A stretch of 64,000 nucleotides of DNA, filler included, from Hausera hauseri (taxonomy: Eukaryota): NCBI GenBank assembly GCA_046269625.1. It is 11 parts of 11 records of this genome, joined end to end, with 100 filler letters (N's around TTAATTAATTAA, not from the genome) between each part and the next. Parts side by side here need not be neighbours in the genome. Positions count along the whole stretch, not along the records: positions 11,995 to 19,029 come from JBJURY010042333.1; positions 19,130 to 24,293 come from JBJURY010317606.1; positions 24,394 to 31,049 come from JBJURY010077772.1; 8 more parts are not named here. One strand, written 5' to 3'. The translations under genes were made by a program, and so were the position numbers. The notes beneath the pieces were generated by a model. The model was not told the DNA's origin. It saw only the letters and a list, made by a program, of their open reading frames with translations, and did no database searches. This document shows, piece after piece, positions 12,889 through 26,945 of the stretch. Position 1 is the stretch's first letter, and each line of letters starts with the position of its first letter.

Positions 12889-13864
12889 GTTGGTTTATTT
12901 TTTGTTAAATAATTATTCTTATTTATATAACCATTATTTTATGTTTTTGTTTGGATATAAAGTGATTAAAATAGAAAATAGTCGTTAAAGTTATACAGTA
13001 TGTACTACCGCTTCGTAGTTTACAAACGCCGTTTTTCTCACAATTTCTGACAGGTCAAGGTCATTCAATCTATTGTCAATTTACAAATGCACAGAATGTG
13101 GCCTGCAAACAAATTTAAATGATGTCTTATTAATTATATTCGGATGTAAATTTATGTTGAGATACATTCGTTTTCAAAATTTTCTTCTGAATCTGCAAAC
13201 GCAACTGATAACTCTAATTACGCAAATAACTTTAGTTCTGAACACATCAATGGCGTACGGTTACAAATCATTATTGAAACTTGAAAGTGAAATAATCAAT
13301 TTTTGTTCAAATTTTTTTATGTATTGATATGAGAAATCGCTTATCAAGAAGTTGCAACAATATTGCTAAAAATGCATAGGGTGATGAGCAAATTCCAATG
13401 CACACAAACATTATAGTGGGAAACGTGCAACTACATTTCGCATGCATTAATTATCTAAATTTGTATAGAATTTACAAAATTTTATTTCTATATAAATAAT
13501 ACTCGATATGGCTTTTTCAGAAAAATGAGTTAATTAAACTTGACTAATAAAACTAAGATATTAATTAAATATTTATTTCATCGTTATATAAACTTGTTTT
13601 CATACATTGGTTTTATGAACCTTATGATATTAACCCAATTGTGCGCTAGATGTGACAAATTGTCTGAAATTTTGGAAAATTTTATATCGCTTTGGATTTT
13701 TTATTTCATAATTTTCCGAAATTCATATGAAAATAAACTGGATTTTCCTTTTTTAATAAATAATTAGCTTGCGTTTACCGGATTTACTGATCTTTTTAAA
13801 AGTAATAATTGTTTAAGCGTATCATTATCAAATTTTAAAATCATACCATATTTGATATTGCACA

Positions 13865-14090
13865 GTGATGCTTTTAAAAATGCAATATCATAAATTTATG
13901 CATAAAATTGCCATAAACAGCCAATTGTCCATTGAGGTAACGAGCAATTCCATGACGGGTTTTCGTGCAAATTTCAAAGTTAATTACGAATATCCAGAAT
14001 CAATGGATGGGTTTTATTATTGTAAATTATGGAATAAATACAATTCGGTTGTGTCGAATTACATTGAAATAGACGACATAGATCATAGAA
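13865..14090 (+). pseudogene. Immunoglobulin (I-set-like) domain fragment
   Basis: DGFYYCKLWNKYNSVVS resembles the Ig F-strand motif DxGxYxCxxxN. Confidence 0.4.
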
Positions 14091-15372
14091 TAATGAGTAA
14101 GCCATCAATTTACTTCTGCTTTGGTAAGACTAATTTGCAGCTTCGCTTTGGCATTTTCATACGGACCATGTCGCGTGATCGATTTCCGTAACGGACAACC
14201 GACCGATTTCTCTTCACTGTGGGAAGGCAATTGCCGGCATTCCAGATTCGTTGTCCGTGTTGCCATTTTATTGTTCCAATGGCCAATGTAATGTTAATGA
14301 GGATAGGCTACAATTGATTAACAATATGTTCGAGTACATTCAGCACAGCAATGGTTAGTAATGTTATCAATCATAGTTTTTGTTACAGTTTTTATGATAA
14401 CTTATTTTTAACGATAACGATGATCTAGATTGGATATTTTATTTCCACATATCATGTAAAGAATTGATATTTACAGTTGATTTCAGTTTAGTTCACAATG
14501 GGGTAAATTGAACATTCTTTCATAAAAGTAGGCCAATGAGTTATTTTGATTTTGAATATTTTAAACCATATTTATAGTCATCTAAACCATGTAAATGAAA
14601 TAAAATTTACTCATTGCCTTGGCCATTTACAATCACATTTTTAATTTACCATCAATTTACACTAAACAGTGAATCATCTGTAGTATATTCTGTACTGGGC
14701 GAATCGGATAGGTCTGCAAATTTCTTATTCATTGACGTTTATCCATAATTGTTATTAAATCTCATATTTAACGTAATGTTTTATGGCAATCGACAGAAAA
14801 GATCTTGTGGAAACTTATTAGACTTGCTTAAGTGTTACAATTACGATTTTCCAGTCGATTGTCCAACAAATTCGGGAATGATTATTATTCAATTGTCTCT
14901 TTACAATTTTTAATATTCTAAAGACTTTTCTACAAATACCAGTAATATTTTTCCGATTATTTAATTGATATTGGAATAAATTCCGTTGAATTGTTCATAT
15001 GGGGTAAATATTACACTTTATGAAAAAACCCGAATTTTCAACACAATATAAACTTCATTATTCAATCTGTTGTTTTTAAATTCAAACCAAATTTATTCCA
15101 TCAATCAGTAAACAGAATTTACTGTATTTATAATTGGTTTTTGAATTTTCGGGCAAATTGGTCAGGTTTACCATTTCGTTTTGGAATGATATTTATCGGT
15201 TTTTCACGGTGTTTAGTGTACTCTGTATAGAATGGAAACATTTTCTAAATGTTTTTTTGTCTATTGTGAATTAATGATTAATAATTGTATTCGATAAAAG
15301 AATTTATGGTGGCGGGAGGGGGTAGGGAGACCACATCGAATGAGTTATTTTTTAATTTTCAGAGAATTTCTC

Positions 15373-15840
15373 ATGTATTGGCTTAGCCACCCCGCGAGGT
15401 AGTTGCACGAATGGATATGTTCAAAGAAATTTGGCGTTTGTTCCGAAGAAAAACGATGACTTTAAACCCCCGGGATTAAAACCGCCATCAACATACAAAA
15501 AACCGAATAAGGAAATTTTAGAGCATGAAAGAAAAAGGAAAATTGAATTGAAGTGTGTCGAATTAGAAGATTTAATGGAACGACAAGGGTTACTTTAGTT
15601 GGATCGTTATTTTATTGATCACTATTTAGATATGATGTTGATGAAATTAAAGAAAAAGTTAATTCATACAGACAAAGTTTAATTGATAAACATAACGAAC
15701 AACAAAAAGTGGACCCCGATGTGGCAATTGAAGATTTAGAAAAGTATATTGGTGGCCGCATTGTCGGGAAAAATACTTACGAAGAAGCTTTGGCTAACTA
15801 TATGAAGGACCAGAAATTTAGAAGCGGAACCATATTGTAA
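15373..15840 (+). pseudogene. CWC21: Splicing factor CWC21 / SRRM2 N-terminal domain
   Basis: IGLATPRGSCTNGYVQRNL..PNKEILEHERKRKIELKCVELEDLMERQG|YDVDEIKEKV; 41-bp intron 15589-15629; ATG at 15373 is out of frame (small deletion in MYNGIG). Confidence 0.88.
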
Positions 15841-17084
15841 CAGAACAGTTCATTTTTGAGTATTGGTATTGTGTTATCATAGATTACGTTATCGAAATGT
15901 TTTTGAAATATGAAATTCTGATACAATTTGGTACGCAATGTAACTACATCACTTTTGTATTACGAGCAATAGTGAAAAGGCTGTTGGTAAAATTGGAATC
16001 AAATTCTGATTTGTAACCATTGAGTACTAAATTGTATGAAATTGTCGTTGAAATCCAAATAAATTCCGGTCAATACGCGGAATTTCACATTCAGTAATAA
16101 CATTTCATTTATAGAATTTCATGTTTCTATATATTTGCAGTAGTTTTCTGTCATATTGTACTGTTTTTACTTTCTTGATTGTGTAATTTGCCTCTCAATT
16201 CTCAAAACTAGAATTCATTATTTTGTCTTGAAGATTGATTCATAGAAAGACTTTACGAATCGAATTGTTCATTGCATAGATAAAATATGGTCATCTATCT
16301 AAATCTAAAGAAATACGTTAAAGTAATTCTTTATTAAACATTAAAAAATCGTAAAACTCAAAGTTGTACATATACAGAAATTATTATATTCACACAAAGT
16401 TTTACCAAATAGAAAATTTAAAAATTGAATTTACTAAATTACTGTTAAGTTTAGGATAAATGTCAAAATCGCTAATGGAAACAAGTAGAGTGATACAGAG
16501 AACAGATAAGTTAATATTCACATATGAATAAATTGTAGTTTTTGATAAATACAAAATATTTCAATGATCATATTTATTTAATTAAATATGAAATATTGTG
16601 TAAAAAGTTTGTAATGTTAGTATTCGTTAACATTTTATTTCAGGATGTTGCGCTAGTGCAATATATTTCTTAAACCAATTATAAAATATGTCCTTTTGTT
16701 AATTAAATTTATGTCAGATTGAAAGAACAAAATTAAAATCCAACCTGGAAATTGCATTTGTGATAGTTGAAATTTAAAAATGCCTTTAGGATAAAATATT
16801 GCATAAAAATTCTTTATTTCAACACGGCGCACGAACTTTTCCTCAACCTAATAATATAATGCACTAACAGTATAGAAACAAACCACTGAATATTTATTTA
16901 GATGTAATTCTGCGCAAATTCTAGCAACTGATACTTACGAAATTTTGTTGTATGTATCGTGTAGATATTCTACAATTTGGTTTTTGCTAATAATGTACAA
17001 GAGCAGCTTCATTTTGTTTAAATATTTTTTAATTTGAACAAATTTAATTCTGTATTTTGATATTCAATTTCTTTTTGCAGGTTA

Positions 17085-18237
17085 ATGACAACTATTGAAA
17101 TTCCTTTAAGAGATACAGATGAAGTAATAGAATTAGATACTTTCGCCTTTCCGGAAGTTGACGAAGTTTAAATATTTTAAAACAAGAGGTGGCTCCAATG
17201 CATGTTTGGATTTTAGTAGCCTTACAATATTATCGAACAAAGAAATACAATGATTTCGTTAAAATTTTGAATGAGGCAAATATTAATGCCTCTGTTAATT
17301 ATGAAGAAGCTGAAAAAGACCAAGTGAAAGTGTTAGACATGCTGGCAAACTATTATGTCAAACAAGCAACTAAAGAAAAAACAAAAGAGAAGAAACGCGA
17401 ATTGATTGGACAGGCCGCCGTTCATTTTACAACCGCTGACAGAATAGCAATGTTTGATCACAATCATTTATTGAGTCGAGCGTTTTTCTTTTTATTTGAA
17501 GGTGAAAATTGGTCACAGGTTGATAATCAGTTGAATTTTGTTTTAAATTCATCTCAAACAAATGTTCCCGCACTTGTAGGAAAGGCTTGCATCGCTTTTA
17601 ACAAAAAGGAATATCGACAGGCGCTTTCGTTTTATCGTAAAGCATTACGAAATCATCCTAATTGTCCAGCATCTGATCGACTTGGTATGTGCCACTGTTT
17701 TTTCCGTTTAGGAAATACGGACAAAGCGAAGCTAGCTTTTGAGCGTGCACTGGATTTAGATTCAGAATGTGTTGGAGCGCTCGTCGGCCTCGCAGTACTA
17801 GAATTAAATGAAAAGACTCTAGAAAATGTGCATCAGGGTGTTCAAAAGTTGTCCAAATCATACATGAAAGACAGTAATAATCCAATGGTTTTAAATCATT
17901 TGGCCGATCACTTTTTCTATGCCGGACAGTACAAAAAGGTTCACACTTTGGCATTGCATGCTTTCCATTTTACGGAAAACGAATTAATGCGAGCTCAAAG
18001 TCGTTACCAAATTGCCAGAGGATTCCATAAAGAAGAAAACTATGACGAAGCATTCCAGTACTATTATCAGGCAACACAGTTTGCATCAAATCAATTTGTT
18101 AATCCATTTTATGGATTGGGTCAGATGTATTTGTATCGGAAGGATTTTGAAAATGTAACATTTTTCGTTTTCTTTCGTTTACTCAAACGCATTTTAATTT
18201 TTAGGCAATCAATTGTTTTGAGAAAGTATTAAAGAAA
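17085..18237 (+). pseudogene. CTR9: PAF1 complex TPR subunit CTR9, N-terminal third
   Basis: IEIPLRDTDEVIELD, PALVGKACIAFNKK, NPMVLNHLA, AFQYYYQATQFA; frameshift near 17170; 50-bp intron 18155-18204; similarity ends after CFEKVLK. Confidence 0.92.
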
Positions 18238-19129
18238 TCTGGTGGTATTAAAATGCTCATTTTGGAATTACAATGGACGGGAATTTGTATTTTGGGTGAA
18301 TATTTGTGTTTGAAGTGTTATTGTTGTTGTCGTTGTTGAAGTTATCCAACTACTGATAAAGTCAATTCTGGTGATTTCCTGACGATGGTCGGCGGAGTTA
18401 TTTGGCTAATCCGTGATGGGAAATCGGTGATGCCTTATTTATTACGAATTTAAAATAATTGGTGAGTCTGTGTTTAATTTTCACCGGTTCTGTTGATGTG
18501 ATGAAATTTTAAATGTGTCTGTTATGGCGATAACTTTCAAGCTCAACAGGTCTGATGTTTGTAAAAAATATTAATAATTTCGACATCCTTTAACTGGTTT
18601 TCTGGAGGTATAATTTTTTGTCTAATAAATTGTGTCGATTTTCTGGTCTTGTTTTTTTTACGATTACAGTGTGGGAATAATTTATTTTTTATATATTTTC
18701 CATGCGATTTAGTGTTTCAAATACAACTAATCGACAGTAATAAATCTTAGTGTATCATAATCGCAATACAATTTTTTAAAACTCCAATTGTGTTATTTTG
18801 GCTTACTTGGCAATTTTCTGGCAATATTAAATTTTTGCACGTCTTGCTGACTATTTCGATGCAGAATTAAACTCTGAACAAAAATTTTTTAGATATTTAA
18901 AACATGCAAAATTAGCACATTTTTGTGTTGAAGCACAATAGGGAAAAGTCATATGAAGTTGACTCCTACACCATTCGACGCAGAATTAAATTCTGCACAA
19001 GATAGAACTTTCAAAAAAAATTTAGCTACNNNNNNNNNNNNNNNNNNNNNNNNNNNNNNNNNNNNNNNNNNNNTTAATTAATTAANNNNNNNNNNNNNNN
19101 NNNNNNNNNNNNNNNNNNNNNNNNNNNNN

Positions 19130-19422
19130 GTAAATTGCAGGCCTCCTGAAATTAATCCGAGTGCTTGGTTCTAGGTGCGGTCTAACCTGTTCCTCTGGGT
19201 CTGGCTAACATTGGCAGGAAGTAGTCCATGACAGAGCTTACATATCCCAGGTATAGTAGTCGTAGTGTGTGCTGATTGGCTCCCCAATTGTGCTTGCCAA
19301 TCCTTTTATAAGATTTAGTCTTTTTGAGGCCTTTGCTACCAGTGTGTCAACATGTAATCTGTATGTAATTTTAGTGTCAAACTGAACTCCTAGCTAAGTA
19401 GGCTTGTTTTCTTTCACCAAGA
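19130..19422 (-). mobile_element. Non-LTR retrotransposon (I/Nimb/Ingi-like) RT thumb fragment
   Basis: LGVQFDTKITYRLHV..KRLNLIK..WGANQHTLRLLYLGYVSSVMDY..NQALGLISGG. Confidence 0.75.
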
Positions 19423-21483
19423 AATTGTCACATTTTGGTGACAAAAGCTAAACAGTTGTTAGTGGTAGCGACTCTCGTCGTGAACACAAATAGCTGCATG
19501 CTTTCTAACAAGCCATTAAAAAGCGGAAATGTCCCTCTGTGTGAAAAATGACTGGCGGAGACATAACAGATGCTGCTCTAAATGTCACAAAATTCCCCTA
19601 AAACTCAGCAGAGAGTCCTGCTTGTTGACAAAAACACAGATTTGGGGACACCAGCGTCGTCTTCCACTCATACCACGTCGCATGTCTGCTGCAGACATTT
19701 CTAATTATCCTGCCTCGTTATACTAATAGCTGGTCTAATATTTTTAAAAATAAAAAAATAGCCAATAGTATTCTCTTAAACATATAAATTCTCCAGTCTG
19801 CCAGCAGAACCAATAATACTCACCTGAAGAACCTTACCCTCTCCTCTGTGCGAAGCCTCCACCTGGAACCTGTAAGATCTGATATTCACCTACAAGATCC
19901 TGAAACCTGAACCTGTCACCTGCAAATACTTACCAGCTGTTCTCTTTCAGATCCTGATCCATTTTACCACCACCACTGAACATAAAGGATCACTTCCCTT
20001 ATGTACTCCGCCTCCTGTGTCTGTTTCTGCCCGCTGCTCACCCTTTGACAAACACCTGGAAATCTGTTCATTTCTTGTACTGTACGGTTTTCTTGGTGAT
20101 CTGTTGAACTGAAATGTATTCGTCTAATTAGCATTCACATCTTGTATCATGTATGCATATTGGCTAAAAACAAACGAAAACAGTGTAGACAGATTATTCG
20201 ACAAATATTCTTCATTTTCTACAAAATATCAAGAAGCACTATGAATCGTGTATTAAAAGAGCATTGGCTGGATAGAGATGCACGAAAATATTATCAAAGT
20301 TAAAAAGTTTGATGCATATTTAGGGAAAGTGAATATCAGCGATACAGGCGGTAACATTTTAAAGATCTGAAAAATGTAATTTTGGCTTTGTTGATAAAAG
20401 ATTTTTCATTTTATTGTTATTGAGTATTATACTTTTCACCCGTCCAACTATTTATAAAAAATCCTGAATTACAGTAAAATTCGTATTCCTGTGAGAAATT
20501 TTGGGATAAATGTAAAAATAATTTACATACTCGAAATTATTATCAAATTGATCGAACTCTAATCGCCCACTAAACAAACTAAATTAAAAAAGCAAATAAA
20601 TAAACAAAACCTACTTATCTGATCGAACTCTAAACTGGCTCTAAATTGAAAATAAATTAAAGACAAATAAATAAACCTCTACTGATCAATTACCTGCATT
20701 TCTGGAACGTCGTCTGCCCAATAATTGCAAATCGTGACAGTTAAATAAATTGACTTTTAATTTTCTGCCCATGTTATGTAAATTTTTATATTGACATTAT
20801 TTAATGGATCAGGTGTTAAAAGACTATAAATACTGTACATTTTTTATGACAAATTAGAACAAAAAGTTAGTCCTGAACGACTGCTCTTATCTGAACTTCA
20901 TCTTCGTAACGATTGTTATACTTTACGTGAGTATTTTAGATTTTGGTGAATTAACGTTTGGTAACCGTTTTGTTGTTATTTTATTTTTTATGATTACATA
21001 CGTTTATAAATTGATAGTCAATACATTGTATTTTTACTGTTTCTGCACGTTTGTTATCTCAACCCACTAAATAATCTGATTAACTAATTAACTTTAAAGT
21101 AATTGGTTCAAAGCCGTCCAGGTCAACCCTACCTGACGGCGTCCTGTCTAAAATAAAGTAAACGAGAGTCAAGTAAACCTTAAGGCTAAGTAAATATAAG
21201 CCCACAGGCCTCAATTGACCCGACACATCACCTATAGGCTAGTGATAGGTAGGATAGTTACATCTGATCCCCTCTAACCTACTTTATCGACAGTCAACTA
21301 GGTGCCTACCCTTGTTCTATCCACTAATTTGAATAAATTATTATTAAGCCTCTCCCAACTCAAATTGGTGTAGATTGAACATTACGCCTTTCACGGCTGG
21401 AGCTGTGTGCATTATTTCCTGCATCGTTTGGAAACGATTGTAGAAACGGAAATCGTACCGTGATATGGCAATAACAGCACAAA

Positions 21484-23375
21484 ACCCTTGATTTGGACAG
21501 ATGAAGATGAACGCCTGACGTTTGCAGCCACCGATGAATGTTACCTGTGCCACCACAAAATATTGTCGGAATGGCTCATACCGGATCACGACCATTTTAC
21601 CCGGTCGATACTTTGGAGCAGCATGCAACGCATGCAATTTGGCAAGACGGGTGTGCCCATTCTTGCCGGTGATATTTCATAACTTCAAGGGTCATGACCG
21701 TCATCATATTCTAAAATGGGCCATAAACGGATTTCGCAATGGGAGCTATCCATAATCCCAACGACGATGGAGAACTACCTGTCCCTATCGACACGCATAA
21801 ACCGGTTTCAGGTACGGTTTTTTGACTCATTGCAGTTCCTCAGTGAGTCTATAACAAAGCTCGTAAATGCCTTGTCCCATGTGCCGCTAACACTGACGCA
21901 GTTCCCCACACATATTGCACGCAGCAAAGGCATATGACCTTGCCGTGCCATATGAGTGACCACGGACAACAGAGGAATTACCGCCGCGTTGGATAGGTAT
22001 CACGGAAGATGAATATCAGAGATCACAGGAATCTTGGACAGAACTCGGTTGTAGAAACATGTTGAACTACATGCTTCAGTATCTAAAGCTCGATGTGTAC
22101 CTATTAGCCGATGTGTTTCAGGCATTTCGGGCTAAAGCGTTGGAGGAAGATAGGTTGGAACCGCTCAACTTTTACTCAGTATCGGAAATGAGTTGGCCCT
22201 CTGCACTAATGTCAGTGTATTGGTGCATTGAGCTGCTACAAGACCCGGGAATGTACCAACTTTTTCACGTTGGCATTCGTAGCGGCATGACATTTGTCAA
22301 CAAGCATCACGTAACCAGTGATGACGAAGATAATACAACGTCAATGTTGTACATCGATATTAATAACCTGTACGGCTGGGCGCTTTCGCAACCCTTGCGG
22401 TACGATTAATTTGAATGGATAATGGACAAACAAGAACTGGATACATTGCTGAACAGACTGCCAGCAGAAAACATGACAGAAAGCAACTCAGTCGGCTACC
22501 TAATGGGCGTTAATCTCGAGAAACGAGCTGCAGCTTGTACAAAGTTCGAAAAGGACTAATACAAGCTCAAAAACAATTAACTTTACGGGAAAACAGTGGA
22601 AAATCTAAAGATTCGGCTCAATGTGCTCCTGTGCAACAACAAAAAATGACTGGTTACGTACACCAGCAAGTCTCAGTTCAGGCGGTCAACGCACATTGCC
22701 GATGGATTGGTCACCGTGCTTCTAAACCGGGAAGAAGTCGTATTGGACCAACCAAGCTACATCGGATAAGCGGTATTGGACCTGAGCAAGTTGCAAATGT
22801 ACAAGCTCCAATATTGCGACTTGGTACGTTACCGGCAAATGTTCGGCGGCCGCGGCGGCGGTAGCTGTGAGATCAATATCGTTGCCGGTGACACAAACAG
22901 CTTCTTCTTTGAGCTGAAAAACATCAGTCGAGACCAGCTGCTCTGACAAATGATGTCAGATAGACTACTGGACACGTCCAACTACCCACCGGACCATCCA
23001 TTGTACAGCAGCGTGATAATAAACAAAATCGGCTACTTCAAGGGAGAAAGTGAAGGCCGGGTTCAATACAGCTAATGGATATTTTTGCGCCCAAAATGTT
23101 ACAGTCTTCTGACAGAATGTGTGACGAAAGTGCGGGCAAAAGGCATCCAGCTGAAACAGACGGAAATAAATCACGGTGATTATCGCCGTATCTATGATGG
23201 ACAAGAAGACGGAGAAGGAAGAAAGGCTGTTGTGTCTCAAACGACCATACGATCGATTAAGCACCAGCTGTATACCATTACAAATAAAAAGGTTGGTTTG
23301 TCATGCAACGATGACAAGCGAAAGTGGGTGGGGCAAAATAAGAGTTGGGCGTACGGACATTGGCGTTTGAGATAA
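21484..23375 (+). pseudogene. Polinton/Maverick-like protein-primed DNA polymerase B with N-terminal endonuclease VII-like zinc motif
   Basis: CYLC..DHDHFTGRYFGAACNACN, FHNFKGHD, FFDSLQFL, YLKLDVYLLADVF, YIDINNLYG, KLKNNxLYGK, GDTNS, LDTSNYPPDHPL, LRPKCYS, AKG, DDKR, AYGHW; stops and frameshifts. Confidence 0.9.
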
Positions 23376-23674
23376 CACACGTTCAGTAACAAAACTGTTC
23401 AGTCAGTACAAAGATGAAATTCAGACCAACCAGATCATTGTGACATTTGTGGTCTTTGTTTGTTATACATTCATCTGCTGTACATGTGATTAATAACGTA
23501 TTTGTACACTATATTTTGTCTTATGTTTTATAACAAGGAAATGGGGCTTAAGTTGGGTTATCAAAAAAAAATCTCATATTACTCAAAATCTCAAATATTT
23601 TTCACAACACAACACAAAAACTCAAATAAATTTTATTACAAATCCTAATCTGAAAACACCAAAATCTAAAGTCA

Positions 23675-24110
23675 ATTTATTAGGGTAAACTTTCCCAACT
23701 TCCACATTGGCGATTTAATACCATGCAGTTCCTTATATTCTTTCAGCTTCATTGTCAGGTATCCTTTAACCATTCCCTTGGCAAAACTGCTGTTTGTCCC
23801 TTTGCACGCACAATTTTAGCCATGTTGCCTTTAAGGAAAAGCGAGGATGTATCACGAATATCATTGGACAACATTAAATCATTGTTCACTTTCTTCATCG
23901 TTTCCTCCAATGCATCCAAGTCACTGTCACCTAGTTTCTTTGCCAACAGACCATATATTACCTAGTTCATTTTGATCGGTGTTGATAATTGCACTACAGT
24001 GGGGGTTCGCAGGAAATGTAGATTGTACCCGTTATACACTCTGGACTGTCTGAGGGAATACGGACCGTACTTGGAGTCACTGTTGTTTTCTAAATACATA
24101 TTAAGGACAA
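23675..24110 (-). pseudogene. Decayed small ORF convergent with pPolB, probable Polinton accessory gene
   Basis: ORFs 23962-24225 and 23755-23946 share a frame and continue after a shift to LTMKLKEYKELHGIKSPMWKL; function unknown. Confidence 0.35.
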
Positions 24111-26945
24111 AAAAGTAAAAATGAAATGGACTTACTGCAACCTGGCACAATTGAACTGTCGTTGTTGTTGTAGATGCTGTTGTTTTGTGCAGACATTTTA
24201 GAGACAAAGTGAAATAAAAAGACATCCATATTTATATCAACTTTTGTTTTCATTGTAAACAATAGACATTTACTTTGTAAGTATTGTCTCATANNNNNNN
24301 NNNNNNNNNNNNNNNNNNNNNNNNNNNNNNNNNNNNNTTAATTAATTAANNNNNNNNNNNNNNNNNNNNNNNNNNNNNNNNNNNNNNNNNNNNGATATTC
24401 CTCCTTTAATGGAGATGATAAAAATTGCCTTTGTCGAAAACCGACGATGTGCGGACTTAGAGAGCCGCATAAAAATGGAAAATGAAAAAAGGTCACAGAT
24501 CAACAGTTTGAGAAATCGAATTATGTTTATAAATAATGAAGAAACCAAATATATAATAAAACCTTGTATCATAGAATTCGACGAATATAAGGATGAGCTC
24601 AATTATGTTAGTCAATTCATGAACTTCATAAAAGGCCCAGACTACGAATTGAAAGATGCCTACAAGATATTAGACAAAATGATATTAGCCATGCCAATAA
24701 TCGCCAATCGATTGTCAGAATGGTCCGAATTAATAACGAGATTAAGTAAATTAGTAGAACGTAAGAAAGAATTTCCGGAAAGCGAACCATCGGTAAAAAA
24801 GCAACTGGGAGAGGGTGCACGTAACTTAACCACCATACAAGCAGAAATTGGCATCCGGACATGGTTCGAAGCAAATTTTATGAAGAAGAAACAAGAAAAG
24901 ACAACCTTAGAAGAAATATATAAAATGACTGAAGGGACAAACTTCACGGAAAAGCAGAATATGACTTTCAATCTGTACTCAAGGTTAAGAAGTCTTCGAC
25001 GAGAGGGAATCCAATACTTAACAGACAGATATATCGACGAGATTTCAATCCAGGATACCGAAACCTTGGATATTTGTCCGGGAGATAGAGTAGCCCTAAT
25101 AGAAGCAGTAAGATTCTTGCATAAACCACAAGAATGGATAGCTGGTACTGATTAGAACTGTTACACCGAATTGACGAAAATAAGAAACAACCAACGTCTT
25201 AGTGCTGAAAAATTTAATTTCGTAAAGATATTGCTGGATGCGATGGACCCCGACTCAAAAATTATAAATAAGATGTATGGACTAGCCTACTTATTGGTAG
25301 AAATGGTGGAGATTAATGATGAAAGGATGAGGCAATTAATGCCCAAAATACAACAAGTTGAAGAAACATGCATCAGAACGAAACAAAGAACAACGAGGCT
25401 AAATGAACTAGTAAGAGTTTGAAGGCTACCGGAACAAATACGCTTTTACGGAATCAGAAATTAAAAATAAGCGAGAATTTGTACAAAGATGGCAGAGATG
25501 TGGTTATTAAGCTGACCGACTATCACCAAAAGGAATTCATCAATTCTAACGAGTTAGGCGAATTACTGAAAAGGATTCAATATGCCTGCGGAAATGGAAT
25601 AGGATTACGAACTACACAAATGAAAGAAATACAACCAAAATTGAGAGAAATTTGAGAAAATGTGCAAAAAACAAACACAGCTCTAGTAGACTATGGACTC
25701 CCAGATATTGGGAATAAACCGGAATGGAATGCTTATTTAGAAGAAATAACGGCCGAAAACCTGATAACTCCAATACATCTAAATAAAACAGAAATGTATC
25801 CGCAGGACAGGAAATTCAATGTGGAGATGCTCCTAGACTCAGCACTAACCGAAAAGAATCTGATCGAACTAATTAACGTAAACATGTCTGAAAATAAGCT
25901 AAGACAACTTATTCCGACCTTGACTAAATTAGCTAGCGAATACGATTTAAAGCGCGGTGCCGAAACTTCTGATGAAGAAATATGCGAATATTTTGAGAGC
26001 CCAACCCGAGATAACGATGAAGGTAATGCTATCATCCGAGTGGATGGAAGAAAATGAATGTGAGTTAACTACTTATTCCTACGTAAAGGACGTAAGAGTG
26101 GTTATTAGATAATGGCGGAACAAATGAGCTAATCTACCGATTTTACTTTAGAGAAAGAATACTCGACGATTTAGAACAGTTAATAGATGTCGGAATTATC
26201 CCCGTCGAAACAAATCTCATAATAGTAACAATAGCCAATGAACAGACGAAAGAAGAAGCCACGCGAAAGGCTAAAACGGAACAATGTGTAGGACAAATCA
26301 TGGGAGTACGAGATTCGGCAATGTATTTCGAGTATTTACAGACGGATGAAGACAAGGAACAATACGACAAGAATCTAGTACCGCTAGGTGGAATGCCAAC
26401 CAATGTTCCAAGGCCAAAACGTCCGGTCGGTAGACCTAGGAAAGTCCTAGAAGTTGACTATAACGGAGAATCAATTAGAGAACTGAGACAAATTTCAATC
26501 CCCGCCTGTAGCACAGACAATAAAGAATTAAACGAGTTAATGAAGGATTTAATACGGATTGTGAATTATTCCAATCTCCGAGAAGATACATTAGATGACA
26601 AAGAAAAAGCAATATTCAATGCAGCCAGGACAATGAGAAGTTCGCGTTTCAAACTATCAAAAAGTAGCCTAACTGACGACGCATTAGTTGAAATGATGGT
26701 GGAGAATACGATAGAAGAGCTGAAAAAAGTATTATTGTACTTGGCAATTAAGACAAATCCAAATCGGGAAGATGAACTAAATCGAGATACACGTTTCGCG
26801 CGAAAAGCGTCTAGAAAACTTCCGTGAAGTAAATTGGCCAAAACTGTTTGACAAGGAAGAAAACAAGAATAGTAATAATGGACTCGGAGGCATCATACGG
26901 AACCTGATAACGACAGATAACAACAACCGAAAGAATGATTCTAAC

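Noticed and set aside
14100-15260. TSP1/FN3-like exons
   Set aside because: Only scattered residues; cannot be supported without a search
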